The notes under the pieces are model-generated. The model saw only the letters and a list, made by a program, of their open reading frames with translations. It did no database searches and had not been told where the DNA came from. From Felis catus (taxonomy: Eukaryota), in assembly GCF_018350175.1 (NCBI RefSeq), contig NC_058368.1:3906001-3970000 (forward strand): a stretch of DNA of 64,000 bases, written 5' to 3'. Shown here one piece after another: positions 14,149 to 27,617 of this stretch. Each line of letters opens with the position of its first letter. Within the stretch, counting starts at the first letter, position 1. Both the position numbers and the translations under genes were made by a program.

Positions 14149-14262
<114 letters not shown>

Positions 14263-16908
14263 TGATGAAACATGCAAATGTGCTGTGTTTTATGAAAAAT
14301 TAATAATCGTTAAGCATAGAAATTCAGCTATTTCGGAAGAGAGTTCTTAGAACGTATATATGTACACGCGTTCATGTTACACGCTTTATAAAAGCTTGGT
14401 AGAAGGTTGTAAAACTTATTTCCAATATTACATTATAAAAAGATGCCATTTTCATGTGCTTCAGCTCTGAACTCGGTGGCCTCAGAAATTTAAACCATAA
14501 TTTAAAACGTCTGGTAATTAAAACCTTTATCAAAGGCAATCTAAACCTCTTTCCATTAGTGCAGGTAATTTAAAGACACTTTTCTCAAGGCATTTAAAAT
14601 TATCTGAGAAGTTTAGAAAGAAATTAGTTTCATTGTAGCATGTTCTGTACTAATTACGCTAATTATAGATTATGGTCCTGTGGGATTCTCCACAAGTAGA
14701 TTAAACATATCTGTTAAATAATTGTGTGACTTTAAAAATAAATCTGCCTCCGTATTATCTTCATTTACCTCCATGAAATTTGTAACAAATAGAGCCAAGC
14801 GTGAAACACAGTCAAATAGCTTTTGTAATATGTTCTATTTTTCTTCATGTGATGCTATGGACTTCATAGTAAAGGTAAACCTTTTGCTAAATTATTGGTT
14901 GGGTGTCATCTCAATGAAATGTTGAGACTTCACCCAACTGTAACCTACTTGTTGGATGAAGAGTGTACTCTTCGTTTTCCTCCCGTGTTTACACATGTGA
15001 AAGGAGGTGTCAGTACCTCCTACATGCTGAGGCTCTTCGAGTGACTCTAGGGCAGTTGGAAAGGATACAAAAGGCCAACCGCTGAGAATCATGTGGTCTT
15101 GTAGGAGGGGTAAAGCACACCCCCACACAGCCATCAGAACGGTCACCAAGCCCTACTACCAACCATAATGGGATGCCGTGTAAGACTTGCACATAAATAC
15201 ACTGCCAAGGAGTCTCGAGAGTGCAAGGCACATTAGTAGCTCTTAGGCACTATTGTATTACTTCTGATAATGTCTCAGTTGACAGGAGGAACCCACAAAT
15301 GACCTGGAATAGGACAGGCTGATACATGCGTGAGCCAGATGCCGTGGGCTTAGCTGAAGAGCTAAGGCACTTAGGTGAATCGTGATGGCATTTCAGTGTA
15401 TTAAATAGCCGTGTCATATGGCAACATGAGGAATAAACCCAAACTTATGTAAAGGGGGAAGTCAGATGTGAGCAAATAATTTAAATATTAGAACCATTTT
15501 CCCCCCCAGAGTTATGCTGGCTGATTCCCTACCTATAGTTTTGAGGAGAGAAGACTGGTAAAATAGCCTGATGGCTGAAATCAGGTGATTAGTTCTAGCA
15601 AATTTAATATTCTGGACTTAATAGTACTTTTAGTTATATCTTATCAGATTTTTTATATCTCCATATACTTAAAAAAAATCAGGGAGCAAAATTATGTCAA
15701 TTATTTTAGATAATCATATATTAAACTCTTACAATGATGCATTGATGCAGTATGTCGATCGATACATAAAATTATAGAAACATTTGGAATGATATTATGT
15801 GATCACAGAGCTATAAAGTATCTGGTAACTAATATGGCTTTCCAATAATTGGATTAACTGAACAAAATTAGGTCTTCTATATTCTGTGTGCACTGATGTA
15901 TTACTTATGTTTCCTTTTCAAAGATGAGTCTAGGAGGTAATTTTCCATAAAATTACAGAAATGGATTTACAAAATTTGGCACATATTAATTTATGTATAT
16001 TGCTGAAGTGAGAGAATTTCCTTATTCTAAATATAATTCAACATGGTACTCTGGCTTCTAATTACTTGGTAACTCTTCAAAGCTAATACATGAGGTCCTG
16101 TGAAGATTGGGCCTGGAACTCATGATTTATAACCACCTACCCTGCCCATTATTAACCTAAGCACATAGCAATTATAACTGATAAAACAAAAAAGTTGTAA
16201 TTAGCAACATACAGACATCGTCAAAGATGAAGTGAAACCAAAACACGCAATGGTAAAGCTTTACTTGGAATGATTGTCTTTGAAGTTCACAGTCCTGGAA
16301 AGAGGCAGGGACAGCTTACGGTCAAAGCCCACAGAGACACAGGGACCAGAATGTTGCCTGATGGGACTGCTTGGGGCTCTAGCCAGACCCACTGCATGAG
16401 ACAGCAATGAAAGGCAGAAAATAGTTGCACCTACTGCCCAGACTTGAATGAAGATGCCAGACCAAGACCCGAATGTCATCCGAGGACACGAGCCCTGAGC
16501 CACCATGACAAGGCTGAGAAACCCAGGGGTCTCAATGAAAACAATGGGAAAGCCCTTAGACAGGCTCGGTAAATCCAGAAATCAAAATACATCCACAGAG
16601 GGAAGCTTGAGACTGAGACTGGAAACCACATAAGAAAGCCTTCATCTAAAAAAAGGAATCCAACTAAACTCCCCAAAAAGAGAATTAACTTCCAACTAAG
16701 TAGAAATAATCATTCTGAAAATGACTGGAAAAGCACACTTAAGCATCTCACAGAGAGAAAGCTGTTTTTGAGGAGCTTCTATGAAAAAGACAAGAAATGA
16801 TAAAAATCAAAACAGGTAATACGAGACAGAAATAACAGGGAACGGACTTACCCGCTTTTATTAAACAACTAAAAAACTTGAAAATGTATCAGAAACCATG
16901 GTTTTTGC

Positions 16909-17230
16909 TGTGGCCTGGAAATTCACATGTTGAAACCCTAACCCCCAGGGTGATGGTATTAGGAGGTGGGATTTTGGCGACTTCCTCATGAGGGAATCAG
17001 TGCCCTGATCAGGGAGGCCCAGAGAGCCCCCTCACCCCTTCCACCAGGTGAGCTGGAGGCTGGGAGGCCCCTTCTGTGAACCCGAAAGTGAGTCTCACTG
17101 GACACAGCAAATCTGCCAGCACCATGACCTTGGACTTCCCCGTCTCCAGAACTGCGAGAAAGAAACCTTTGTTGTTTATAAGCCACCGAGTCTCTGGTAT
17201 TCTGTCAGAGCACCAAAATGGAGTAGGACA
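16909..17230 (+). mobile_element. MLT1A/MST-like MaLR LTR
   Basis: aattcacatgttgaaaccctaaccccc...gtgatggtattaggaggtggg; ccttggacttcc..tccagaactgcgaga; ttgtttataagccac; ends in ACA. Confidence 0.8.
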
Positions 17231-18269
17231 GTTTGCAGACGTTGGACAGTGGCGGTCAGGACAGTTCTCCCTGAGAGGCGGACACAAGAGGTGAGCCCCA
17301 GGACCGCCCCAGTTTGCTACTTGCAGAGAGTTTCGAAGGCCACGGTGAGGGAGCGGGGCCAACGAAGAGGCAGGGGTCCTCCCCGAGTTGAGAAGATATG
17401 GTTGGGAGTCCAAGGAAGAGCAGCCAGCCTAAAGCTCACAGGCTAAAGCTCACCATTGAGGAGGCCACCACACAGGGAGAGCCCCGAGACGGCGGGAGGT
17501 GAGCCCCTCCTCACACCCCTGCACGCCGAGGCTCTACGTAAGAAACCGGTAAACCGTTAACTCTTACCGTGCTACTTATTTTTGAACAACGTGAAGACAA
17601 GTATCAAGGTCACATCAGTGGATGAAACACGAGATGCCGATAGGTCATCTGCTTCCACAGAGCGATGGGGAGAATTTCGGACCTGCCAGAGTTCCAGAGC
17701 GTTCCTGAAACTTCTTTCCTTCTGAAAAATCACGGTACTCGCTACAACTTTGGAAGACATTCGGTTCCCTCTGAATGGATCATAAACCCGCCTGAATCCA
17801 ACAGCCAAATCGTTACGTTCTTTTTTGAAGAAAATTGCTTATATAAAAGCAAACAATCTTCTGTAGTGCAAAACCGGCCATTCGGAACTATGATACCACA
17901 GGAGGCGCTTATGACATAAAGCCACCTTATCTTCCAACAAAAGTTTAAAAAATATAGATATCTGATAAATTTTAAAAAGCTCTTGTGAAGTTGTGAAAAG
18001 GCTTTACATTTCGAAAATAAGTAATGTGGTGTTTCTTACAGAAGAACTAACCATGCTCTGATTTATCTTCTAAAAATATGTCATGTCCTGGACATAGATA
18101 TTAAAAAATTTTTAATATTTTAATATTAAGAAATTTTAATTCCTTGGAACAGGAAAAAACACTGATTAAAACTCGATTATTTTAGATCTTCACCCAGAGA
18201 GCTAACGTGGTACACTATAGCCATTGCATACGAGCATAAAAATATTATAATTTATGAAAAAAGGAGTTA

Positions 18270-18462
18270 GGACACCCTGTAGCAGCAAGGAAATGGATTT
18301 TGCCACCAACCACATGAGCTTAGAAGAAGCTCTTGAGTCTGGAATGAATCCTCAGCCCTTCAGTCCCCTTGAGACCCTGAACAGGGGACCAAGGTAGCCT
18401 GTGCCTAGACTCCTGACCCACAAAAGCAATAATATAATAAATACGTATTGTTTGAAACTGTT
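18270..18462 (+). mobile_element. MLT1 LTR 3' fragment
   Basis: agcaaggaaatggattttgccaccaaccacatgagcttagaag...gactcctgacccaca. Confidence 0.6.
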
Positions 18463-18608
18463 GGAGTAAAAAATTTTCATGTACTCTTTTAACATAGTAT
18501 AATCCAAGATTTTAAAATACTGCGTAGGGCCACAGGATCTCTGACTATGGAAAAAGTATCTTATATAAATCCTAAATTTATATATGAATATAAATATGCA
18601 GTGATTTT

Positions 18609-18828
18609 ATTTTTTATTTAAAATTTTTAATGTTTGTTTATTTTGGAGAGAGAGAGAGACAGAGCGTGAGTGGGGAGGGGCAGAGAGAGGGAGACACAGA
18701 ATCCCAAGCAGGCTCCAGACTCTGAGCTGTCAGCACACAGCCCGACGTGGGGCTCGAACCCATGAACCGCGAGATCGTGACCTGAGCTAAAATCGGACGC
18801 TTAACCGACCGAGCCACCCGGGTGCCCC
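18609..18828 (-). mobile_element. SINEC_Fc
   Basis: Full antisense copy ending gagccacccgggtgcccc. Confidence 0.93.
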
Positions 18829-18857
18829 ACGGTCATTTTGAATACTATCTAGTCATT

Positions 18858-19082
18858 GGGGTGCCCGGGTGCCTCAGTCACTTGAGTGTTTGACTCTTGA
18901 CTTTGGCTCAGGTCATGATCCCAGGATCGTGAGATCAAGCCCCGCGTTGGGCTGTACACCGACGCACTGAGTGTGGAGCCTGCTTAAGATTCTCCCTCTC
19001 CATCCTTTTGGGTGTTCCTGCCCACGGAACGCACATGTACACACTAAAAATAAGTCTAAAAATATGTCTCTCTAAAAATAAG
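18858..19082 (+). mobile_element. Older SINEC immediately upstream of exon 4
   Basis: ggggtgcccgggtgcctcagtc...ggctcaggtcatgatcccaggatcgtgagatcaagccc. Confidence 0.88.
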
Positions 19083-19136
19083 TGAGTAAATGAGTGAATA
19101 GGATGTATTTGTCACATTTTGTAAATGCCCTTCTAG

Positions 19137-19256
<120 letters not shown>

Positions 19257-20680
19257 TGAGTGGTCCGTGGATAGTTGTGCTGAATGGATACACGTCTCTC
19301 TTCTGAAGAATTCACAGTTACTCATGAACAATTACAGTACGAGTTTTCTAAATATCATGCTGTGTTGACTGCAGAGAATAGTTGGCATCACGAGGGAGAC
19401 AGTCTGAGATATTTTAAAGTTACTGCGATTGCAAGAAATAGAGGACCATTCAAGGTAGTAAAAGACACATGATTAGTACAGAACGCAAAGGAATCTCAGA
19501 GACCAAAGGAAAGGAGCCAAAGTATCTGGCCTCAAAAGAACAGAGACCAGGGGCTAAGGGCCAAAAGATTCTCTCTCGCTCTTCCTCTCCCCACCCCTCC
19601 TTCACCTTCCCTTTCTCCTCGCCCATGTACCCCTCCTTTCTACAGCATCTCTGCCCGTTATTTTCACTTGGCCACATCGGTTCTAACTCTGTAGGACGTA
19701 CAGGACCTCTCTGGTTCTTCATCTGATAGGCTGTGCTTCTCAACACCAGCCAGCGCGGTCTTTAGTTTCATGAATTCTAAATTCACAATAAAGTACTCTG
19801 ATTGGCCCAAGTAACGTGTGCAACCAACTGCCCGGGGGCAGCTATGTATCCTATCCAACCAGCTAAGACCAGAGAGTAAGCTCACCCAGCAGTGAGATCA
19901 CACGAACTCTTATACAGTGAGAAAAAAAGGATTACCGAGAAAGATCACAGGTGGAAGAAATGAAAGGAAGAAATTCCTTTCACCTGGTGAAAGGAATGTG
20001 TATCCCTTCTCTGTACTATCAGCAGTCTATACATGTGCCAAATCTAAGAAACTGAGTGGCCTTCTGGGTTATGGGAAAACAGATGAAAAGCGTCCCGCCA
20101 GCACAAACTGGTAACTTTCAACGTCTCTTTTTCACGAAACAGAATAATGTTCCATTGGAAACTGCAGCCGTCTATTAGCCTGATGATTCCTTTTTATCAT
20201 GCTGAAACACAAGTTCCATATTATATGTTCTGCTTTAATCTTCATAACTTACTTCTCTTTTGCTTAGAAGTTTGTTCGATCACTAAGTCCAGTGAGATTC
20301 TCAGTGGTTCCCGACATGAACCTGAGTTTATTCAGCGTACGTGTTCTTGAAACGTGTCTAAGATCAAATCATATTTTCTTGAAAGATTATGTAGGATTAT
20401 GATTTATCTTTACCATTATTTCACAGACTTCTTTGGCTCTAGCTTTTATATGTTTGAGGGATTTTTGCTCATCTTTTGTCATTCATTTGTCATTTGTTGG
20501 ATGTCTACATGCAACTTTCTATATGCTGTCACATGTAAATAATATGTACGTACCCCTTAGGAGCTCCACAAGTAAAAGACTCCCTTTATATTCTTGTAAA
20601 AATGATTTATTACAAATACTTATTTCCTCATTTAGTTTTTTGTTGAATGTAGATTTTCATATATCGTACAAGAGAGTTAG

Positions 20681-20894
20681 GGACACCTGGGTGGCTCAAT
20701 CCGTTAAGTTTCCGACTTCGGTCATGATCTCACAGTTCGTGGGTTCAAGCCCTGCATCAGGCTCTGTGCTGACAGCTCAGAGCCTGGAGCCTGCTTCCGA
20801 TTCTGTGCCTCCCTCTATCTCTGCTCCTCCCCCACTGATGCTCTCCCCCCCCCCAAAAAAATAAACACTTTTTAAAATTTTTTAAAAATTTAAA
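20681..20894 (+). mobile_element. SINEC_Fc with 13-bp TSD
   Basis: TSD ACAAGAGAGTTAG at 20668-20680 and 20895-20907. Confidence 0.93.
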
Positions 20895-23682
20895 ACAAGA
20901 GAGTTAGATGTGATATAAATCTGCCTCCAATTCCATGAATGAAAAAAAACTGAAGCAGTGAAAATCGAATTTGCTCAAGAACACAGCTATTTAGCAAAAC
21001 AAGCCAAACCAGGAGTTAGCAGGAATTAGTAGTTTAGCAGGAAAAGCAAACCCCAGGACTTCTCTCCCTCAGCCCGGAATGTACCACTCCCTCTGTCCAA
21101 TCAGATTTCCTTAAATTATGGCACACCAGTTTCCTTAAATTATGGCCCTATTTCCTGCAAATATGGTTACCATTTTTGTCACCAAGGAATTTACTTAAAA
21201 AAAAATTTAAAAAAAAATTTTTCCCATTAGAATTACATTGGTTTAAATTGTTCACCTTAAATCTTGAGTTTTAACCTGGGTGTTTCGTGCTTGATATAAT
21301 GTTAAAGCTGGTGATTTTTCTTAAACCCTTGGTTGAAAAGCCTCTGCTATGTGGCAGACCCTGAAGCAGGGAGTACTGCCCAGCTCACCGAGGGTATTTT
21401 CAAGTAAACGACTTCCGCAATCACAGCCGTTCCGGCCTCACGTTTCCGGGAAGAAGTTAAATGTAGCCAACCTGGACATTAAAATGTAATTTATGTGAAC
21501 TAGCCAAATTCATCCCATGTAATGAAATGAATACTTGCTCATTACCAAACCACTGAAAACAATGGCAACCAGTACGGTCAAAACCAAAAGTCTTAAATCC
21601 CCAAAGAAGTCAAACACTGACATGAACAGTAGCTAACACTCTAAATCCTTGAGCTGAAAGATACCAACTCATAGCAAAATAACGGGAAAACTTACTAACT
21701 GTGAGTTCAGCTCTGGTTGCCTACCAGTCATTTTCTTTTGATTTCAAATAACAGAGACGAATTCTGGTTAGCTTAAAAAAGTTTACACAGGAGGGCTGGT
21801 CGGGTTCGGCAGTACGGGTTTTCTGAGGACCGAGCCGGGCTGCAGCCAGTGGTTCCTGGGGAACCACCAGCTTTCCGGCAACTGGCAGTCGGTATAGAGT
21901 TTGATCAAGCAGGGCCGCTGGCCTCTCTGCCCTGCGATTTCTCTAGAGTTACGGTCACTACCAATCCAACTGGGGATTTTCAGCTAACAACCAAATGAAC
22001 CCAGTGGGGAGGCTGGTAAGGTTTATGGCTCAATTTGGTCACCATCACGCAGACACCCAAATCATTTTCCTGGGTGCTGAAAGATGTCCTCTGTCACAAT
22101 CACACTGTCTTAGATCCAGGTGTTCGAATAGCAAAGCTGAGAAGTAAGAATCTCATTAACCCATTAAGTTGGTTCGGGTTCTTGGAACTTATGCATAGCC
22201 CTGGTAAGCTTCTGCAAAAGCCTTTGTATACCCAGAGCGTGACTAATATCAAGAATAGAAACGTAAAACAGAAGGATAAAGTGAATGTAGTATTGCAGAG
22301 TTTCATGGACCCTCTATTAAGGAACAGCAGTGCACCTGCAGCCAAGATATCTTTGGGTGTAATGATTGAACTCAGCAGAAGAAACATCAGAAGTGAGGTC
22401 GAAAATACCAGTGTTATCCCAGCTGCATGTTTCTCTGAGGTTACCTAGATATTGCTGCTTTGCAATCCTTCCCCAGGGAAAAGGAGACAGAGGACAGTGA
22501 CTGCAAACCTGAAGACAGGGGACCTTCCGGTGCAGCACGCCCCAGGGAAGAGACGCTCCAAACGCAGCACAAGGTCGAAACAGGCTGTGGATGTAAGAAT
22601 ATCCTCGAGAGACCAAAGCAGGACAGTAACAGACATGTTTGACATTTCAGCCACTTGATTAGTGACCCCCCGCCAGGTTAGCAAATAAATTACTAAAGCG
22701 CACAGCAAGTTCTGACAAGAGATTTGAAGTAAGGGTGATGCTCAGGGACCTTTTCTCCAGACTGGTGGGAATTCATGCACTTTTTCTCTTTAGCTTCGAT
22801 CCTTTGGGCAGGGGTTTCTGCAGCCCCGTCGAAGAGAAATAACCAAGAGCCTTCTGTTTGCTGCCCAACCGTGCCATCATTGCTCAAAGCTGAGGCCAAC
22901 AAGTTTGTAATTGACCAAAGGTCTAGGAAAGTCATGACAGTAGTAATCAACACTATTCCAAGACAGGTCATAGCTCCTCTGGCTATGACCGAGACCCCTC
23001 CAAGATCTGGCCTGTGTAAAACACACAAAAAAAAAACTGTGATGACATCATCTGGAACTTTGGTTCAGCTCTCCTGAGCACCATATCCGCAGATGTTGCA
23101 GAAGAAATCCTGGAGTGAGCCTACGGAGACCTCGATAGAAGCATGAGTGCAAGAATACAGAGAATTCGATGCTAGATTGCATGTCAGAAGCAGACATTCT
23201 AGAATTCAAAAGAAGAGGAAGAGAATGACAGATGGGTGGGGAAGTGCCGGTCTCAGGGAGGGGAGGATGTCGATGGTGAATGGGTTGACACGGACCACTC
23301 TTCCCCGTAGAACAGCAAGCATTTGCCAAGAATCTGACCGGCACGCTCTCAGAGGGGAAATCCAAAACTTGTGCCGTCAGCACCAGGCAGATTCTAACCC
23401 GGAAAGACTTCCAGAAACTCCACCTGGATTTTTCTCCAACTGAGGAACAAATAGTACTTCCCCCAGGAAACCCCAAAATTAAGTGTATTGAAATACCACC
23501 AGTGGGCCCAGAGGCAAGTGATGCCCACTTAAGGATACCGAACGTTTTCATAAGAACCCAAGTCTAAAGAGGAGACAAAACCGGCAACTACAGTGGCTGG
23601 AAAGACAAACCAGAAACAGTAGGTTCGGAAGAAAACCTAAATGAATCCACTTTCCGGTCCCACAAAAAAAGACAAAGGGGCA

Positions 23683-23875
23683 GGGGCGCCTGGGTGGCTC
23701 ACCCTGACTTCGGCTCAGGTCACGATCTCCTGGCTCATGGGTTTGAGCCCCGCACTGGGCTCTGTGCTGACAGCCCAGAGCCCACTTTGGATCCTCTGTC
23801 TTCCTCTCTCTCTGCCCCTCCCCCAATAGCATGCGCTCGCTCGCCTGCTCTCCCAAAAATAAACATTTTGAAAGA
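23683..23875 (+). mobile_element. SINEC
   Basis: ggggcgcctgggtggctca...cccaaaaataaaca; small internal deletion after the A box. Confidence 0.9.
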
Positions 23876-25055
23876 AACTTCAAAAACTACTTAAATATCC
23901 AGACGTATGGGTGAACTGTTGAATAACCACAGTGCATCCGCGTGAATACCATGCATCTGTTAAAAAGAATAAGGAAGACGCCTATGAATTGATTCGGAGT
24001 AACTCCCCGGGCATATTTGGAAGCGATAAAAGTAAAGGGCAGAAGCTTACCTATTGTAGGCTACCTTCATGGAAGTAGGAAAGAGCTAGAAGGAAAGATA
24101 CATGTGTTTGCTCATTTGTGGGCAAAAGAAATAGAGGAAGCATAAGGCCGAAATAGACTGGCTCCCTGCCCGGCTGCCTGGGAAGAGGCTGGGGGGGGCC
24201 GGGACTGAGGCAGAGGGGTGAGGAGGGAATCACACATGCAATTAAAGCTGTCAGGGATTCTGCGTGTCAGGAAAAACTTGGTTGTATTTTCACCGGAGAA
24301 AACCCTTCGGCCAATTTCACAAACTTAATTAGTCAGGTCCTAAAACCGTCCTTTATTTCTTTCTTTCATTTTTCATTTCCTTCTTTGTACCAAAGCCGCT
24401 CGTTAAAAATTTTCCTTTACCAGATAGCTCTTGGTTTTTTTACCACCAAGGTAGAGTTTGAATTTCATCTCTTAGCTCCACTGCAGAAGAAGATTATTTG
24501 CTTGGCTGTAATCAGTGTCCAGCGAGGTTCATAAAAACAGGTAGAATATTAATAAAATCTAAAAGATTAATTAGAAACTCAGTTATTTTAAGAGATGATT
24601 ATCCCTGTGGTTATGGGCTAGGGAATGATGTTTTCTGAAGTGGAAACGTGTTCAAAGTTAACATTCGATGCCTCCTTGTTTTTAATAAAATGAAGACGGA
24701 ATTCTATTCACTTCTGAGCCTTTCCTCTAGTATTTCCCTCTACCTGGCATGCCTCATTCTCCCTTCATCGGGGAAATGGAAAGTCTTTCTTCAAGGTCAG
24801 CTCAGACATCATTTCCCCAGGGTGCCATTCCTGACCCACAAGGACAGACCATGGATTGCGGGTTCTCGTTAAACGCTGCCCATGCTTGTATCATAGCGCT
24901 TACCAAATTGTCCTGAAACTAGGTTTATATGCTTTGCTTTTCAGTGCACTAAGTTGTGAGCTATATCCCACTTGTTTATATATCCAAGGTTCTTAGCACA
25001 AAACCTTGAACATAAAAAAACATGCCATAAATATGTGCTGAGTGGTACACTCAGT

Positions 25056-25193
25056 TTTTTACATTTTTTAAAGTTTATTATTATTATTATTATTTTTAGT
25101 AATCTCTACACCCAACGTGGGGCTCAAACTCATGACCCTATGATCAAGAGTCATATTTTTGCATTTTCTTTTTCTTAAGTTTGTATCTTTATT

Positions 25194-25243
<50 letters not shown>

Positions 25244-25364
25244 ATTCCAAATAGGCTCCACACTGTCAGTGCAGAGTCTGATGCGGGGCTTAAACTCAGA
25301 AACCATGGGATCATGACCTGAGCCGAAGTCAGGCGCTTAACTGACTGAGCCACCCAGGCACCCC
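25056..25364 (-). mobile_element. Two adjacent antisense SINECs, including a long (GA)n microsatellite at about 25197-25240
   Basis: ctacacccaacgtggggctcaaactcatgacc fragment, then a full copy ending gagccacccaggcacccc. Confidence 0.88.
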
Positions 25365-26529
25365 TGCATTTACTTTGACTCGAGTAAGGGTTTATATGGT
25401 TTCCCTACTCATGAAAATTATGCAACTAAACTCGTTGAACATTTCGTCACCATATATGAAACAATGGTTACAGAAAAAAAAAATCATGTCATTTAACCCT
25501 TTTTACTTAATCAAGCCCCCTAGAACTGTTATATGAGTCTCCAATAAGCTAAACAGTGAAGTCTTACTGGAGAAATTATTCCAGGGTTTTTTCCCCCTTT
25601 CAATTTTAAATTCAGATAACTTAATATTCATCATTTAATGCAAATCAGTACTTCTATGATAAATGTCTAAGGTATATCCATGATCCAGAAGAGATAAATG
25701 GTGCCACTGAATCCCTGAGTGACTGAGTCTGGGTGAAAGTGCAGATGAGCAAAAATGCAGGCCACTATCCAAAAAATAAAGTCAGGTTTCCTTAAGAGAA
25801 AGAAGATTAAGACATAGAGGAAAAATAGAGAATTGTGGTCCACTTTATAACTCCTACACATACACACAGACATAGGTAAATGAAGGCTTTTGAAGTGTTG
25901 ATTAATGAAATAACGTAAGAATATGTTGGTGACCATATCCAAAACTGTTTAATGTATTCACTGAAGAGCTTCTATTTAATTTCTAGTTAGACATCCCTCA
26001 ACTTTAATGAGTAGTGGGAGTGATACAGGGACACACACTCAAAGACTGTAAGATATCCATTTTCTCAGTACATTTACTCTCCCAGATAAGAATATAAAGC
26101 AAACCTACAAAAGAATTAGGGAACGCGTGTAGTTCCTTGAGCGAATGCTCGGAGCTGTGTTCTGGAGAGATTAATCTGTTATGCTCCAGGGTTAGAAAGA
26201 TTGGAAACACAAAGAATTAAGAGACATAAAATGGTGAATTCCTGAGTGTGGGCAAGGGAAATGGAACAAGGTCGCATATGCTCTTGAGGGCACAGCATCC
26301 CCGGTCCCCGGGCACGTGGGAACACTCACCAAACCTTGTGAGTCTAGAGGGAATCTAAAGCAGTGAGTCCACAGCTCACCTAGGAGATGAAACTGGGACA
26401 GGAAAGTGTTGCTGTTGTCACTGAAATACAAAGAAGGAGGGAGTGAAGAAGATGACAAAAACACCATAAGAGAATCTGAGTAGGATTCATCTTCTGGGCT
26501 GGCTTTGGCCATTAAAGTCAGCCATTCTT

Positions 26530-26765
26530 TTTTTTTTTTTTTTTTCTGCTTTAGATTTCAAATTTATTTATTTTATTTCATTTTATTTTATTTTATTTTT
26601 ATTTTATTTTAAATATGAAATTTATTGTCAAATTGGTTTCCATACAACACCCAGAGCTCATCCCAAAAGGTGCCCTCCTCAATACCCTTCACCCACCCTC
26701 CCCTCCCTCCCACCCCCCATCAGCCCTCAGTTTGTTCTCTGTTCTTAAGAGTCTCTTATACTTTG
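26530..26765 (-). mobile_element. Short 5'-truncated L1_Fc 3' end
   Basis: atatgaaatttattgtcaaattggtttccatacaacaccc...; poly-T tail; imperfect TSD AAAGTCAGCCATTCTT (26514-26529) / AAAGTGAGCCACTCTT (26766-26781). Confidence 0.88.
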
Positions 26766-26796
26766 AAAGTGAGCCACTCTTAAAATGGTCATTCAT

Positions 26797-26981
26797 GGGG
26801 CGCCTGGGTGGCTCAGTCGGTTGAGCACCCAACTTTGGCTCAGGTCATGGTCTTGTGGTTCCTGAGTTTGAGCCCCGCGTCGGGCTGGCTGCCGTCAGTG
26901 CAGAGCCCGCTTTGGATCCTCTGTCCCCCTCTCTCTGCCCTTCCCCCGCTCACGCTCTCTCTCAAAAGTAAACATTAGATA
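26797..26981 (+). mobile_element. SINEC
   Basis: Full copy; TSD-like aaaatggtc(a/t)ttc at 26782 and 26982. Confidence 0.92.
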
Positions 26982-27497
26982 AAAATGGTCTTTCGCAAAC
27001 CTCACGTTTCAGAATATAAAATCCTTAGTTGGCTAATACTCAAAAGATTACAAATTTACATAAGCTGAGTAGACAAATTATGTTATTTTTGGCTAGTTTT
27101 AACTTGAAAAACTTCACTTTTAAATGATTTATTCTTTTATGTGACATAGATTAACGCTTTCTTGTTCTTTTTAATTTTTTTTTTTTTAATTTGAGTATAG
27201 TTGACAAACAGGGCTACCTTTGGGTCAGGTGTACAACCTAGTGAGTGATTCAGCACCTCCATACATTTGTGCTTTGTAGATTAGCATGTATTCGACATAA
27301 ATTAATTTTAATAATATCATAGATTTAGGCTCAGAACGTAAAAATTTAATCGCAAAATTTTTTAAAAGTACTGTTGGTAACGGATTTTGTATATTTAGTA
27401 ATTTGGTATTGCTGGGTGATGTGACCTGTGTAAAAAGAGATTTTGACACTACGTATAGTAAACACTTCATAACAAACTGTTTTAATGAATCGTGCAG

Positions 27498-27617
27498 GTC
27501 CCAAAATGGTAGAGGTCCAGAGTCAACACTTCCAGATCAACTCCAAGGATGGCAAGCCACTCTTTACTGTCGATGAAAAGGAAGTTGTGGTTGGTACAGA
27601 TAAACTTCGAGTAACAG
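27498..27617 (+). CDS. SGCG: Gamma-sarcoglycan coding exon (human exon 5)
   Basis: gtgcag|GTCCCAAA ... ACAG|gtgtgt; 120 nt, phase 1-1; (G)[39 protein letters not shown](G). Confidence 0.97.

Noticed and set aside
22035..23551. Dense overlapping ORFs of 95-167 aa on both strands
   Set aside because: No recognisable protein similarity, many non-ATG starts and no exon signals; consistent with chance in moderately GC-rich intron.
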